64,000 nt of DNA from Chthonomonadaceae bacterium (GCA_035650735.1 DASRGZ010000191.1:1-64000), one strand, 5' to 3'; numbered from the stretch's first letter, positions 45,951 to 56,567 are shown. The notes: generated by a model not told the origin, from the letters alone. A program made the numbers and translations.

Positions 45951-46922
45951 ATGCAAGCGATACGTGTCCATGAGTTCGGCCCGCCGGAAGTCCTGCGGCT
46001 CGAAGAGATGCCCGACCCACAGCCGGGACCGGGACAGGTTCTGGTGCGCGTGCATGCGGCGGGCGTCAACCCTGTGGAAACCTATATCCGGTCGGGGGGA
46101 TATGCCAGGCGGCCCCAACTGCCCTATACGCCGGGCGCCGATGCGGGCGGTATCGTGGAGGCCGTCGGGGAAGGCGTGACGCGCGTGGCCGTCGGTGATC
46201 GGGTCTATACGTCGGGATCGCTTACGGGCACGTATGCCCAGCTGGCGCTTTGCGATCAATCTCAGGTACATCCGCTGCCCGAGCGAGCCTCCTTCGCGCA
46301 GGGCGCCGCCATCGGCATCCCTTACGGCACCGCCTATCGTGCCCTGTTTCAGCGCGGCCAGGCGCTGCCGGGCGAGGTCGTGCTGGTGCATGGAGCATCG
46401 GGCGGGGTGGGCGTAGCGGCGGTGCAGCTGGCGCGGGCGGCAGGAATGCGAGTGTTCGGCACGGCGGGCAGCGAGCGCGGGCGGCAGCTTGTGGTCGAGC
46501 AGGGCGCACATGCCGCCTTTCCCCATAACGTCACGGATGACCCGCAGGAGCTTAAAGACCTGACGGACGGCCACGGCGTAGACCTTATCCTGGAGATGCT
46601 GGCCAACGTCAATCTCGCCAAAGATCTCGGCGCGCTCGCGCGCAACGGGCGCGTGGCGGTGATCGGCAGCCGGGGCACGATTGAGATCGATCCCCGCATG
46701 ACGATGGCGGAGGAGCGCAGTATCCTGGGAGTGATGCTGGGCAACGCGACCTCGGAAGAGTTCCGCCACATGCACGCAGCGCTGGTTGCGGGCCTGGAAA
46801 ATGGCACGCTGCGCCCCATCATTGACAAGGAAATACCGCTGGCGGAAGCCGCACGCGCGCACCATGAGATCATGGAAGGCGAGCACTACGGCAAGATCGT
46901 TCTGATCCCACCGCAAAGCTAA
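45951..46922 (+). CDS. qor: NADPH:quinone reductase (zeta-crystallin-like)
   Basis: GVNPVE, PYTPG.D, HGASGGVG, GKIVL. Confidence 0.9.
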   Translation: MQAIRVHEFGPPEVLRLEEMPDPQPGPGQVLVRVHAAGVNPVETYIRSGGYARRPQLPYTPGADAGGIVEAVGEGVTRVAVGDRVYTSGSLTGTYAQLALCDQSQVHPLPERASFAQGAAIGIPYGTAYRALFQRGQALPGEVVLVHGASGGVGVAAVQLARAAGMRVFGTAGSERGRQLVVEQGAHAAFPHNVTDDPQELKDLTDGHGVDLILEMLANVNLAKDLGALARNGRVAVIGSRGTIEIDPRMTMAEERSILGVMLGNATSEEFRHMHAALVAGLENGTLRPIIDKEIPLAEAARAHHEIMEGEHYGKIVLIPPQS

Positions 46923-47002
46923 GCTCCGCCCGGCCCTAAAGGGATGGGCTGCCAAGCGCCTTCTGCTTGCTGCTTCTCTGTTAGCGCATAGGGGATGGGG
47001 GG

Positions 47003-47974
47003 TCAGGTCTTTTGCGCTCGGTTGAGCAGCACGGCGGCAAAGATGAGCAGTCCGCGCACGACGTATTGCGTGTAGACGGGAATATCGAGCAGGGTCATGC
47101 CATTGATAATGACGCCGATGAAGGTAATACCAACCAGCGTGCCCCAGACGGTTCCCTCGCCGCCCATCAGGCTCGTGCCGCCGATGATGACTGCCGCAAT
47201 GATGTCCAGCTCCCAGCCCTGCGCGACCGTCGGCGTGCCCGACAGAATGCGGGCGGAGAGCAGGATGCCGCTGAGCGCCGCCAGGGTCCCCGTGATGGCA
47301 AGCGCCCAGATACGCACGCCTGCGACGTTGATGCCAGCCAGCCGCGCCGCCTCCGGGTTTCCCCCGGCGGCATAGACCGCGCGCCCGAACGCCGTGTAGT
47401 TCATCAGGATATGGATGCTGAGGAACGCCAGGATCAGCATCAGGGCCGGAAAGGGAATGCCCAGCACGTAGCCGCCGCCAAAGAAGTAGTACCACGACGG
47501 GAACGGCGTGATCGGGAAGCCGCCCGTGATCATCAGCGCCGCCCCATGCAGCCCCGTCAGGAGCGCCAGCGTGGTGATGAACGAGGGCACCTGATAGCGC
47601 GTGCGCATGATGCCCGTAAACCACCCCAGCCCGAACCCTACGAGCAGGGTCAGGAGCAATCCGAGCGGGATAGGCAGGCCGCCCTGCGTCAGGTAGGCGA
47701 TCAGGCAGCCGGAGAAGGCGACATTGGCCCCCACGCTCAGATCGATCTCGCCGACGATGATCACCATCGTCATGCCGAAGGCGATGATCCCCTGCATGGA
47801 GATCGAGCGCAGGACGGTCAGCAGGTTTTCGGTGGTGAAGAAGTTGGGCGCGTAGAAGGCCAGGCCGATACAGAGCGCAAGGAGAATTAGCTCCATCATC
47901 CGCTTCGCCAGGAGCGAGCGCACCCTGTGGGGAAATATCCTGCCTCTCACGCTGACAGACATAAGCTCGGACAC
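47003..47974 (-). CDS. Monosaccharide (ribose-type) ABC permease
   Basis: IDLSVG, GGNPEAARLAGI, ELD.IAAVIIGGTSL.GG. Confidence 0.95.
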   Translation of the reverse strand: MSELMSVSVRGRIFPHRVRSLLAKRMMELILLALCIGLAFYAPNFFTTENLLTVLRSISMQGIIAFGMTMVIIVGEIDLSVGANVAFSGCLIAYLTQGGLPIPLGLLLTLLVGFGLGWFTGIMRTRYQVPSFITTLALLTGLHGAALMITGGFPITPFPSWYYFFGGGYVLGIPFPALMLILAFLSIHILMNYTAFGRAVYAAGGNPEAARLAGINVAGVRIWALAITGTLAALSGILLSARILSGTPTVAQGWELDIIAAVIIGGTSLMGGEGTVWGTLVGITFIGVIINGMTLLDIPVYTQYVVRGLLIFAAVLLNRAQKT

Positions 47975-47990
47975 CGGCCCCCCATGAAAT

Positions 47991-49037
47991 CTATTGGCTC
48001 AGGCTATGCAGGTAGTCCCGGTACTTGCGCACCTCGTCCGGTTTCTCTCGGGTAAACAGCATTCCGGGCAAGGCCACCTGCTTCTCCACCTTCTCTCCCT
48101 TGAGCGCCTTCACCGCCGTATCAATCGCCATCGTGCCGATTTGGAAGGGCTTCTGGCCGGTCACCGCCTGGAGGATATTGTCGTCTGAGAGCAGGAAGTC
48201 GGCGATCTGCTCGCTGATGTCGGTGCCGAAGACGGCCACTTTGCCCGCCTTGCCGGAGTTCTTGACCGCCGTGACCGCGCCAACCGTGCCGCCCTCGTTG
48301 GCCGCCCAGATGAGGTTAATATCAGGATGGGCCGTCAGAATGCTCTCCACGACGTTGACCGCCTGGGAGGCGATCCAGGCATCCTGTTCCGCCACGACTT
48401 GCACGCCGGGGAGTTTCTTGATCTCGTCGTAAAAGCCCTGCCGCCGCTTCGAGGCCGGTTCCGGCAGGAAGGAGCGGTAGCCGATGAGCGCGACCTTCGC
48501 CTTCCCGCCTAGCTTCTTGAGAATATAGTCGTATGCGGCTGCGCCCGTTGGCTGTCCGAGCGCGACCGGATCGCTCTTGATGTTGCTCTCCGGGAAATCC
48601 GCGTCAATCGAGCTATCGTAGGTGATGATCTTGATGCCCCGGTCATGGGCGCGCTGGAGGGCCGGGATGGATGCCTTCGCGCTCTGCGGGGCGATGGCGA
48701 TGGCGTCCACCTTCTGCGCGGCATAGGTATCTACCAGCGAAATCTCTTTATCGAGCGACCCGGCGCTGTTGCCTGTGGAGAGGTCCACTCCATCCTTCTG
48801 CGCGGCGTTTTTCATGCCAAGCTCGACCAGCTTGAAAAACTGGTCGTCCTGGAAGCCGATCCCGGCGATATGGAATTTGCCTTTTCCCGCCGCCTTGACC
48901 GGCCCCTTGCCCTCCTCCGGCAGCCCGGTTCGGCAGCCGGACAGCAGGATCGGCCCCGTGCAGAGGGCCAGGCACAGCAGGGCGCGTACAACGCGCAGCC
49001 CTATCCGGTTTGTTGTGAAAGGCGCAAGCCGTTGCAT
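47991..49037 (-). CDS. Monosaccharide ABC substrate-binding lipoprotein
   Basis: LSGC lipobox; RbsB-like fold motifs. Confidence 0.9.
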   Translation of the reverse strand: MQRLAPFTTNRIGLRVVRALLCLALCTGPILLSGCRTGLPEEGKGPVKAAGKGKFHIAGIGFQDDQFFKLVELGMKNAAQKDGVDLSTGNSAGSLDKEISLVDTYAAQKVDAIAIAPQSAKASIPALQRAHDRGIKIITYDSSIDADFPESNIKSDPVALGQPTGAAAYDYILKKLGGKAKVALIGYRSFLPEPASKRRQGFYDEIKKLPGVQVVAEQDAWIASQAVNVVESILTAHPDINLIWAANEGGTVGAVTAVKNSGKAGKVAVFGTDISEQIADFLLSDDNILQAVTGQKPFQIGTMAIDTAVKALKGEKVEKQVALPGMLFTREKPDEVRKYRDYLHSLSQ

Positions 49038-49239
49038 TCTGTATCCCTTAGCAGCCGGGGGTTGAACCCTCCGGTCCTTGCCGGGCACTGAAAGTACCCG
49101 GCTCAGGGGCGACGTTGCCGCCAACCGTCCTATCAGACGGGATCCTCGCTTAAAATGAGTGTCCCCGCAGGTGGACACTAGGCCGAAGGCCACCCAGCGA
49201 AGGAATTTATTCCATCGCTTTCTGTATCCCCAGTAATCC

Positions 49240-50280
49240 CTATTTCGTCGGTTTCAGGAGCTTCTGCACGTCGGGCGTGTTGAGGTTGTCCTTTGTCACG
49301 ACCGTCACGCCGGTGTCTATCTGCTTATCGGGGATGGGCTGCCTGCGGATGGCCTTGATCACCGTCTTGACGCCTTCATAGCCCATGCGATACGGGTTCT
49401 GGACGATAAGTGCTTGAATGACGCCCTCTTGCAGTCCCTTCATCTCCACATCGGAGGCATCGTAGGCGACCAGCTTGACTTTGCCGGCCAGTTTGCGTTG
49501 GCGAAGGGCGTTTGCCGCGCCGATGCCTCCCGGCTCGTTGGCGGCAAAGATGCCCACGATGTCCGGATGTGCCGTCAGCATGTTGAAGGTCTGATCCAGG
49601 GCTTTGTTGGCGTCGCTATCGGTATAGAGCGTGGCGACGACCTTGATATTGGGATGCTTCGCAATGCCCTCCATAAAGCCCTTCTCGCGCTCATCCGAAG
49701 ACCGCGCGCCTTTCTTAAACGGCAGCACGCCGACGTTGCCTTTGTCGCCGACCTCCTTTGCCAGCGCCTCCGCCGCCTGACGTCCACCCTCCACGTTATC
49801 GGTGGCGATGTAGCAGAGGGAGATCGGCTCGCTCAGCCCGGAGTCGATGGTCACGACCGGAATACCCTTGGCCATCGCATCCTGCACTGGCTTGACCAGC
49901 GCCTGCGCGTCCGTCGCCGCCAGCACGATGCCGCTGACGCCGGCATTCACCTGGTTCTGAAAAATGTTGATCTGTTCGGTGATGTCGGTTTCTGCGGAGG
50001 GGCCTTGCCAGATAATTTCGGCTCCCTCTTCCGCTCCGGCGGCGTCCGCTCCGGCCTTGACCGTCTGCCAGAAGGAATGTGCCGTTCCCTTCGGCAGCAC
50101 GGCAATACGCAGCTTCTGTCCGCCGCCTCCCCCGCCAGCAGCCGTATGTGTCCCGGTTGGGCCGGCGCTTTCGGTGGCGTTTTGCTTGGGGCAGCCCATT
50201 AAAGCGAAGCTGAAAAGGACGGCTACCAGCAGACCGCCCCATTGCTGTCGTCTATACATACATCGCTGTCGTCTATACAT
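49240..50280 (-). CDS. Monosaccharide ABC substrate-binding lipoprotein
   Basis: LMGC lipobox; PKGT.H.FW, ATDN, VQNPY.MGY. Confidence 0.92.
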   Translation of the reverse strand: MYRRQRCMYRRQQWGGLLVAVLFSFALMGCPKQNATESAGPTGTHTAAGGGGGGQKLRIAVLPKGTAHSFWQTVKAGADAAGAEEGAEIIWQGPSAETDITEQINIFQNQVNAGVSGIVLAATDAQALVKPVQDAMAKGIPVVTIDSGLSEPISLCYIATDNVEGGRQAAEALAKEVGDKGNVGVLPFKKGARSSDEREKGFMEGIAKHPNIKVVATLYTDSDANKALDQTFNMLTAHPDIVGIFAANEPGGIGAANALRQRKLAGKVKLVAYDASDVEMKGLQEGVIQALIVQNPYRMGYEGVKTVIKAIRRQPIPDKQIDTGVTVVTKDNLNTPDVQKLLKPTK

Positions 50281-50357
50281 ACATCTCTCCTTCAAAATTC
50301 CCCTTTGATGGGCGGTTAAACCGCAGCCCTTCTCCCAAGAACAGGGGAAGAGGAAGG

Positions 50358-51380
50358 CTATGTTCTGCCCTCACTTGCCCTGCGCCCAGGCCCGTAGCGG
50401 TCGTAGAGAACGGCCAGAATGACGACCGCGCCGATGATGGCGCTTTGATAATCCGGGCTGAGGCCGCGCAGGTTGCAGCCGTTGCGGATCGTGTAGATTA
50501 GAAAGGCGCCGATGATCGTGCCGGGAATGCCGCCCTGCCCGCCAAAAAGCGATGTGCCGCCTACGACCGTAGCCGCGACCGCGTCCAGTTCGTAGCCGAG
50601 GCCGGCATCCTTCGAGGCGACGCTGGCGCGCGAGACGTTGACAATCGCCGCGAAGCCGGCTAACAGGCCGGAAAGCGCAAAGACCCCCGTGATAGCGCGC
50701 CGCAGATTGATTCCCGATAGCCGCGCGGCCTCCTGGTTGCCGCCCATCGCATAGAGCGCGCGTCCCCAGCGGGTGCGTGCCAGGATAACATGCACGCCGA
50801 CCGCTGCCGCCGCCATCATCAGCACCGCGTAGGGAATGCCGTCGCGCGTCTCGCTGCCGAAAAGCTCGCCAAAGCCGAAGACCTGAAAGCCCTCCGGCAG
50901 GCCGCCGATGGTGACCGAGTTGGAGATAATGCCCGCCGCGCCGCGCGCAATGCCCATCATGCCGAGCGTGACGATAAAGGAGGGAATGCGCCCGAACGCG
51001 GTGACCAGGCCCGAAACGATTCCCAGTATAAGACCGGAGAGGCAGGCGATCCCGACCCCGCCCCATACGCCGACCAGATGGTGGCTCATCGCCTGCGCCG
51101 CCGCCACGCCCGCGAACGCCATCACCGACGCCACCGACAGGTCTATATTGCCGGAGATGATCACGGCGGTCTGCCCACAGGCCAGGATCGCCACGACCGC
51201 CGCCTGCACGGCGATCTGCTTGAGGTTATCGCGAGTGGCAAAGTTGGGCGAGAGGAACCAGAGCGCGATGGAAAGCAGAAGGAGGAAGGAGAGCGGAGCC
51301 AGCGTTCCCGAAATGGCAGAGAGGAACGCGAGTTTGCCCTTCGATGATGACGTTGTGCGCTCGCCGGGAGATACCCGCAC
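50358..51380 (-). CDS. Monosaccharide ABC permease
   Basis: IDLSV, GGN.EAARLSGI, YELDAVAA.VVGGTSL.GG. Confidence 0.93.
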   Translation of the reverse strand: MRVSPGERTTSSSKGKLAFLSAISGTLAPLSFLLLLSIALWFLSPNFATRDNLKQIAVQAAVVAILACGQTAVIISGNIDLSVASVMAFAGVAAAQAMSHHLVGVWGGVGIACLSGLILGIVSGLVTAFGRIPSFIVTLGMMGIARGAAGIISNSVTIGGLPEGFQVFGFGELFGSETRDGIPYAVLMMAAAAVGVHVILARTRWGRALYAMGGNQEAARLSGINLRRAITGVFALSGLLAGFAAIVNVSRASVASKDAGLGYELDAVAATVVGGTSLFGGQGGIPGTIIGAFLIYTIRNGCNLRGLSPDYQSAIIGAVVILAVLYDRYGPGRRASEGRT

Positions 51381-51492
51381 GTTGACAGCCCCTTTCGCCG
51401 TTCGCTTTATGTCCGATCATAGCAAAATGCAGCGGCGCTTGTCAAATGCTTCCGGCGTGCGGGCCGTCTTTTGAGAAGGACGATTGCCGTTC

Positions 51493-51521
51493 GTAACCTC
51501 GCCGTTGCGGCCCTCGTCTAA
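51493..51521 (+). promoter_or_regulatory. ECF-type promoter
   Basis: GTAAC-N17-CGTCTAA upstream of the alpha-2-macroglobulin gene. Confidence 0.55.
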
Positions 51522-51577
51522 CTCACGAAATTGCACGCGTACTTTCCGCTCCTATTCAGGTTAGGGAGGACATACCC

Positions 51578-54500
51578 ATGAAACGACGCTTTCTGTATAA
51601 GCTGCTGAGCACCATGCTGTGTCTCAGCTTGCTCGCACCGCCGATGTACGCTCAGGACAATACACAAAGGGGCCATACGGCAATGGAAGTCTCGCCCCTG
51701 GAGACGCGCGTGCTCGGTCAGAGCCGCTGGCTGCGCGGCGGCCCGGCCTCCCTGCGCGTCACCGTCTCCGACCACCAGACCGGCAAGCCCGTGCGCGCGG
51801 CGATCACGCTCTCGCTGGCGAAGCTGGAGAACGGCAAGCCGACGGGCGAGGCGACCCGGCTCTTTTCCGGACAGACCAACGGCCTGGGAACCATCAATGC
51901 GGCGTTCACCGCGCCCGCCTCGGAACCCGGCCCCTACGAGTTGAAGGTCGCGGTCAAGTCGCCGCTCGGCCAGGATGTCGTTGAGCAGCCTATCCAGTTG
52001 CAGGAGTCCGTGCAGTGCTTGCTGACCGCCGACAAGCCGCTCTATCAGCCGGGACAGACGATGCACCTGCGCGCCTTAGCCCTGGACATGGCGACCCGGC
52101 AGACGCTCGCCGATAAGCCCATCACCTTCGAGATTGAGGATGCACGCGGCAACAAGGTTTTCAAGAAGCGCGCTACCCTCTCTAAATTCGGCCTCGCCGC
52201 CGCCGATTTCGTGCTGGCCGATGAGGTCAACATGGGCACGTTCACCCTGCGCGCCGTCCTGCCGGAAAGCCAGACCGAAAAGAAGGTGCGCGTCGAGCGC
52301 TACGTCCTGCCCAAGTTCAAAGTCGCCCTCACCACCGAAAAGCCCTACTACCTGCCCGGCGAAACGGTCAAGGGCACCCTCAAGGCTAACTATTTCTTCG
52401 GCAAGCCGGTCGCCAACGGCCAGGTCACCGTCGTCATCAATACGGTGGACATCGGCGTGACCAAGCTGGCCGAGCTTAAGGGCCAGACGGACGCCATCGG
52501 CAGCTACACGTTCCGCTATGCCCTGCCGCAGTCGTTCGTCGGGCAGCCGTTCGAGCAGGGCAAGGCCGTCGTCGAGCTCCACGCCACGCTCAAAGATACC
52601 GCCGACCATAAGCAGGAGGTCTATGCCTCCGTGCCGGTCGTCAAGGAGCCGATCCTGCTGGTGACGGTGCCGGAGAGCCGCGCCCTCGTGCCCGACGTTC
52701 CCAACCGCGTCTTTATTGCCGCTGCCACCCCGGACGGTGCGCCGCTCAAGAACGCTCAGATCGAGGCTTCCACCAACCTGAACCACGCTCCCGCCCGCCT
52801 GACCACCGATGACCTCGGCCTGGCGACCTACACCTTCACGCCCGGCAAGCAGCCCGTCACGCTCACCGTGAAGGCCACCGACGCCAACGGGCGCGCGGCC
52901 ACCTCCACGCAGCAGTTGCAGGCCGCGCCGGGCCAGGAAGGCATCATCCTGCGCTCGGATAAGACGCTGGCGAAAGTTGGCGACCGCCTCAGCTTCGTCG
53001 CGCTCTCCTCCGCCAAAGGCGGCACGCTCTATCTGGACGTCATCCGTAACAAGCAGACCATCCTGACGCACGCCCAGCCGATGCGCAACGGCGAAAGCCA
53101 CTTCACGCTGCCGGTAACGGAGGATATGGTGGGCACCCTGGAGCTGCACGCCTACAAGATCCTGCCCAACGAGGACATCATCCGGGATACGCGCGTTATC
53201 GTCGTCTCTCCCGCCGATGACCTGAACATCAAAGTTGCCGCCGACAAGGGGCAGTACCGGCCCGGCGAGGATGCTACTCTGCGCTTCACCGTGCAGGATC
53301 AGCAGAAGCGTCCGGTGCTGGCCGCGCTCGGGTTGGCGATGGTGGATGAGAGCGTCTTCGCGCTTTCCGAGTTGCAGCCGGGGCTGGAGAAGATCTACTT
53401 CACCCTGGAAAAGGAACTGATGCAGCCTAAGTACGAGATTCACGGCCTCAAGCCGACGAATCTGCTCGGCGTGGAACCCGGCGGCCCGGTGCTGATTAGA
53501 GACGCAGAGCGGCAGCGGGCGGCGGCGATGCTCTTTGCTGCCGTGCCGCCGCAGACCGATTTCGACTTCCGCGTCAATACCTATCAGGCGCGCTGGGCAA
53601 AGTTCCGGGAGCAGATATGCGAGGAGATGGCCAAGACGCATCAGAAGATACTCGACGCGCTGCAGCGCTATCGCCGCGATACAGGCGCCTCGCTCACCGC
53701 CGAGGAGTCGCTGACCGCGCTGGTGGACAAGGGCTACCTGCGGCAGTCTGACCTGCTCGATCATTGGGGGCACTACTACAAGACCAACCTCTACGGCAGA
53801 AATAGCTATGACGGCTTTTTCACCCTCAGCAGCGCCGGGCCGGATGGCCGCTGGGATACCATAGACGACATCAAGGATGTCGCGGTCTATGCACAACGCG
53901 ACAGGTTCGGCGGCGGCTTTGGTGGCGGACGCGGCTTCGGCGGTTTAGCAGAACGCGAGCTCAAAGATGGCGTTCGCGAGGAAGCGCTGGCGCTGCGGGC
54001 GGCGCCTCAGGCAGCCTTCGGACCTCCCGGCGGACCTCGCGAACTGGCAGCCAACGCCTTCAACGTGGACAATGCGGCGGCTAAAGTCGCCTCGCTAGCC
54101 AGAGAGCCGGGCGCGGGAGGCGGCGAGGTGACGCGCGTGCGCGAGTACTTCCCGGAAACGATGTACTGGAACCCCGCTCTGCTTACCGACGAGAAGGGAC
54201 AGGCCGAGCTGCGCATCCCAATGGCCGACTCCATCACCACCTGGCGGCTGAGCATGATGGCCAACAGCACGCGCGGCCAGCTTGGCAGCGGCACGGCCTC
54301 GGTCAAGGTCTTCCAGGACTTCTTTGTGGACATAGACCTGCCGGTCTCCCTGACCCAGAACGACCGCGTGGAGATCCCGGTCGCCGTCTACAACTACCTG
54401 CCCGGCCCGCAGGAGGTCACGCTGGCGCTCGAACCACAGCCCTGGTTCACCCTGAGCGGCGACGCGCAGAAGACGGTGCGCATGGAGCCGGGCCAGGTCA

Positions 54501-56236
54501 AGGTCGTCTACTATCCTATCGTCGTCAAGTCCATTGGGCGGCACGCGTTGACGGTGCGGGCGAAGGGCACGAAGCTCTCCGACGCCATCCGCCGCTCCAT
54601 CGAGGTGCTGCCGGACGGCAAGGAGTTCCGTCCGACTATCAACGACCGGCTGGAAGGCAAGGTCGAAAAGCTCATCCAGATACCCGACAAGGCCATTCCT
54701 GGCGCGAGCACCATCTGGGTCAAGCTCTATCCCGGCACGTTCAGCCAGGTCGTGGAGGGGCTGGACGGCATCCTGCAAATGCCCAACGGCTGCTTCGAGC
54801 AGACCAGCTCGACCACCTACCCCGACGTCCTCGTGCTCGACTACCTGAAGCAGAACAAGCGCATCAACCCGGAGCTTCAGATGAAGGCGGAAGGATACAT
54901 CAACGTCGGCTACCAGCGCCTGGTGACGTTTGAGACCAAGAGCGGCGGCTTCTCCTGGTTTGGCGACGAGCCGGCCCATCAGATTCTGACCGCCTACGGC
55001 CTGCTGGAGTTCAGCGACATGGCGAAAGTCCATGAGGTGGACCCGGCGCTGATTCAGCGCACGCAGCAGTGGCTGGCCAACAAGCAGAAGCCGGACGGAA
55101 CCTGGGAGGAGACGAACCAGGGCATCGCCGAGGGCATCATCAACCGGCAGACAGGCGCGCTGCGCACCACCGCCTACGTCGCCTGGGCGCTGGCCGAGAG
55201 CGGCTATCAGGGGCCGCAGGTGGCCAACGGCGTCAACTACGTCAAGGCGCACCGCAACGAGGCCAGAGACCCCTACACGCTGGCCGTCATCCTCAACCTG
55301 CTGACGCGCGTGGAGCGCGACGGCGAGACGACGGCGCAGGTGGCCGACGACCTGATCGCGATGGCCAAGACCACCGACAAGACGGCCTGGTGGGAGGCCG
55401 ATACCCAGACCTTCACGGGCGCGGCCCGCGAAGGGGCCGACCTGGAGACGACGGGGCTGGCGGCTTACGGCCTGGTCAAGTGGGGCCGCAACGCCGGGTT
55501 CGTTAATAAGGTGCTGACCTATCTGGTGCAGGCCAAGAATAGCTACGGGACGTGGAACTCTACGCAGGGCACGGTCTGGTCCATGAAGGCGCTGCTCTAC
55601 GCCAGCCAGAACGCGGTCGGTGGAGGCAAGGGCAAGGTCACCATCCTGGCAAACGGCCAGAAAGCGGCCACCTTCGACATCACGCCGGAAGATAGCGATG
55701 TGATGCGGCAGGTCAACCTCGCCGAGCACCTGAAAGACGGCAACAACGTGGTGACCCTGCAATACGACGGCGAAGGCTCGCTGCTCTACCAGATTATCGG
55801 GCGCTACTATATCCCCTGGAACCAGGTCGAGCCGCCGCCGGTCGGCTTCGAGCCGCTCTCCATCAACGTCGCCTATGACAAGACCAAGCTCGCCCAGGAT
55901 GATACGGTGACGGTGACCGTCAAGATCCACAACAACACGGATCGTATCGCCGAGATGCCGCTGATAGACGTGGGCGTGCCGCCCGGCTTCACGGTCGTTC
56001 CCGACAATCTGGATGCCGCCGTGCAGGCCAAGACCATCAGCAAGTACACGCAGGCGGCGCGGCAGATCATTATCTATCTGGAGAAGCTGGACCCCGGCCA
56101 GACGGTGACGCTGACCTACTCGATGCGGGCCAAGTACCCGATCAAGGCGCGTACGCCACTGAGCAAGGTCTACCCCTACTACGAGCCGGAACGGGTCGCC
56201 GTCTCTGCCCCGCAGGACATCGTGGTAGAAAAGTAA
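51578..56236 (+). CDS. Bacterial alpha-2-macroglobulin family protein with thioester motif and GspG-like insert
   Basis: DKPLYQPG, YVLPKF, REYFPET, DSITTW, PNGCFEQ, YYEPE; signal peptide. Confidence 0.93.
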   Translation: MKRRFLYKLLSTMLCLSLLAPPMYAQDNTQRGHTAMEVSPLETRVLGQSRWLRGGPASLRVTVSDHQTGKPVRAAITLSLAKLENGKPTGEATRLFSGQTNGLGTINAAFTAPASEPGPYELKVAVKSPLGQDVVEQPIQLQESVQCLLTADKPLYQPGQTMHLRALALDMATRQTLADKPITFEIEDARGNKVFKKRATLSKFGLAAADFVLADEVNMGTFTLRAVLPESQTEKKVRVERYVLPKFKVALTTEKPYYLPGETVKGTLKANYFFGKPVANGQVTVVINTVDIGVTKLAELKGQTDAIGSYTFRYALPQSFVGQPFEQGKAVVELHATLKDTADHKQEVYASVPVVKEPILLVTVPESRALVPDVPNRVFIAAATPDGAPLKNAQIEASTNLNHAPARLTTDDLGLATYTFTPGKQPVTLTVKATDANGRAATSTQQLQAAPGQEGIILRSDKTLAKVGDRLSFVALSSAKGGTLYLDVIRNKQTILTHAQPMRNGESHFTLPVTEDMVGTLELHAYKILPNEDIIRDTRVIVVSPADDLNIKVAADKGQYRPGEDATLRFTVQDQQKRPVLAALGLAMVDESVFALSELQPGLEKIYFTLEKELMQPKYEIHGLKPTNLLGVEPGGPVLIRDAERQRAAAMLFAAVPPQTDFDFRVNTYQARWAKFREQICEEMAKTHQKILDALQRYRRDTGASLTAEESLTALVDKGYLRQSDLLDHWGHYYKTNLYGRNSYDGFFTLSSAGPDGRWDTIDDIKDVAVYAQRDRFGGGFGGGRGFGGLAERELKDGVREEALALRAAPQAAFGPPGGPRELAANAFNVDNAAAKVASLAREPGAGGGEVTRVREYFPETMYWNPALLTDEKGQAELRIPMADSITTWRLSMMANSTRGQLGSGTASVKVFQDFFVDIDLPVSLTQNDRVEIPVAVYNYLPGPQEVTLALEPQPWFTLSGDAQKTVRMEPGQVKVVYYPIVVKSIGRHALTVRAKGTKLSDAIRRSIEVLPDGKEFRPTINDRLEGKVEKLIQIPDKAIPGASTIWVKLYPGTFSQVVEGLDGILQMPNGCFEQTSSTTYPDVLVLDYLKQNKRINPELQMKAEGYINVGYQRLVTFETKSGGFSWFGDEPAHQILTAYGLLEFSDMAKVHEVDPALIQRTQQWLANKQKPDGTWEETNQGIAEGIINRQTGALRTTAYVAWALAESGYQGPQVANGVNYVKAHRNEARDPYTLAVILNLLTRVERDGETTAQVADDLIAMAKTTDKTAWWEADTQTFTGAAREGADLETTGLAAYGLVKWGRNAGFVNKVLTYLVQAKNSYGTWNSTQGTVWSMKALLYASQNAVGGGKGKVTILANGQKAATFDITPEDSDVMRQVNLAEHLKDGNNVVTLQYDGEGSLLYQIIGRYYIPWNQVEPPPVGFEPLSINVAYDKTKLAQDDTVTVTVKIHNNTDRIAEMPLIDVGVPPGFTVVPDNLDAAVQAKTISKYTQAARQIIIYLEKLDPGQTVTLTYSMRAKYPIKARTPLSKVYPYYEPERVAVSAPQDIVVEK

Positions 56237-56251
56237 GAGCCGATGATGCGG

Positions 56252-56482
56252 CCCTCACCCCCAACCCCTCTCCCACGCTGCGGGAGAGGGGAGAAACCTC
56301 ACCCCCGGCCCCTCTCCTGCACAACGAGAGGGGAGAGCAGAAGCCGGATCCCCCTTCCCTTGTAGGGTCGCAAGGTGTCGCGAGGCGGAGGGCCGAATTA
56401 TTGCAGGCCCGACCCTGGCAGTGGCGCGAACCGTTGAGCGCCGACCCTTGCCGTCCATTGTAGCCCCGACCCTGGCAGTGGG
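56252..56482. repeat. REP-like repeat cluster
   Basis: CCCTCTCCCACGCTGCGGGAGAGGGGA identical to the copy at ~7350; CCGACCCTGGCAGT units. Confidence 0.75.
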
Positions 56483-56567
56483 AGGGGGGTGGAGGCCAGA
56501 ACTGAATGACCCTGGCCCGCCATCGTCGGCAGGTCTGCCCGGTGCGGGCGGCGAATAGACTCCTGTT

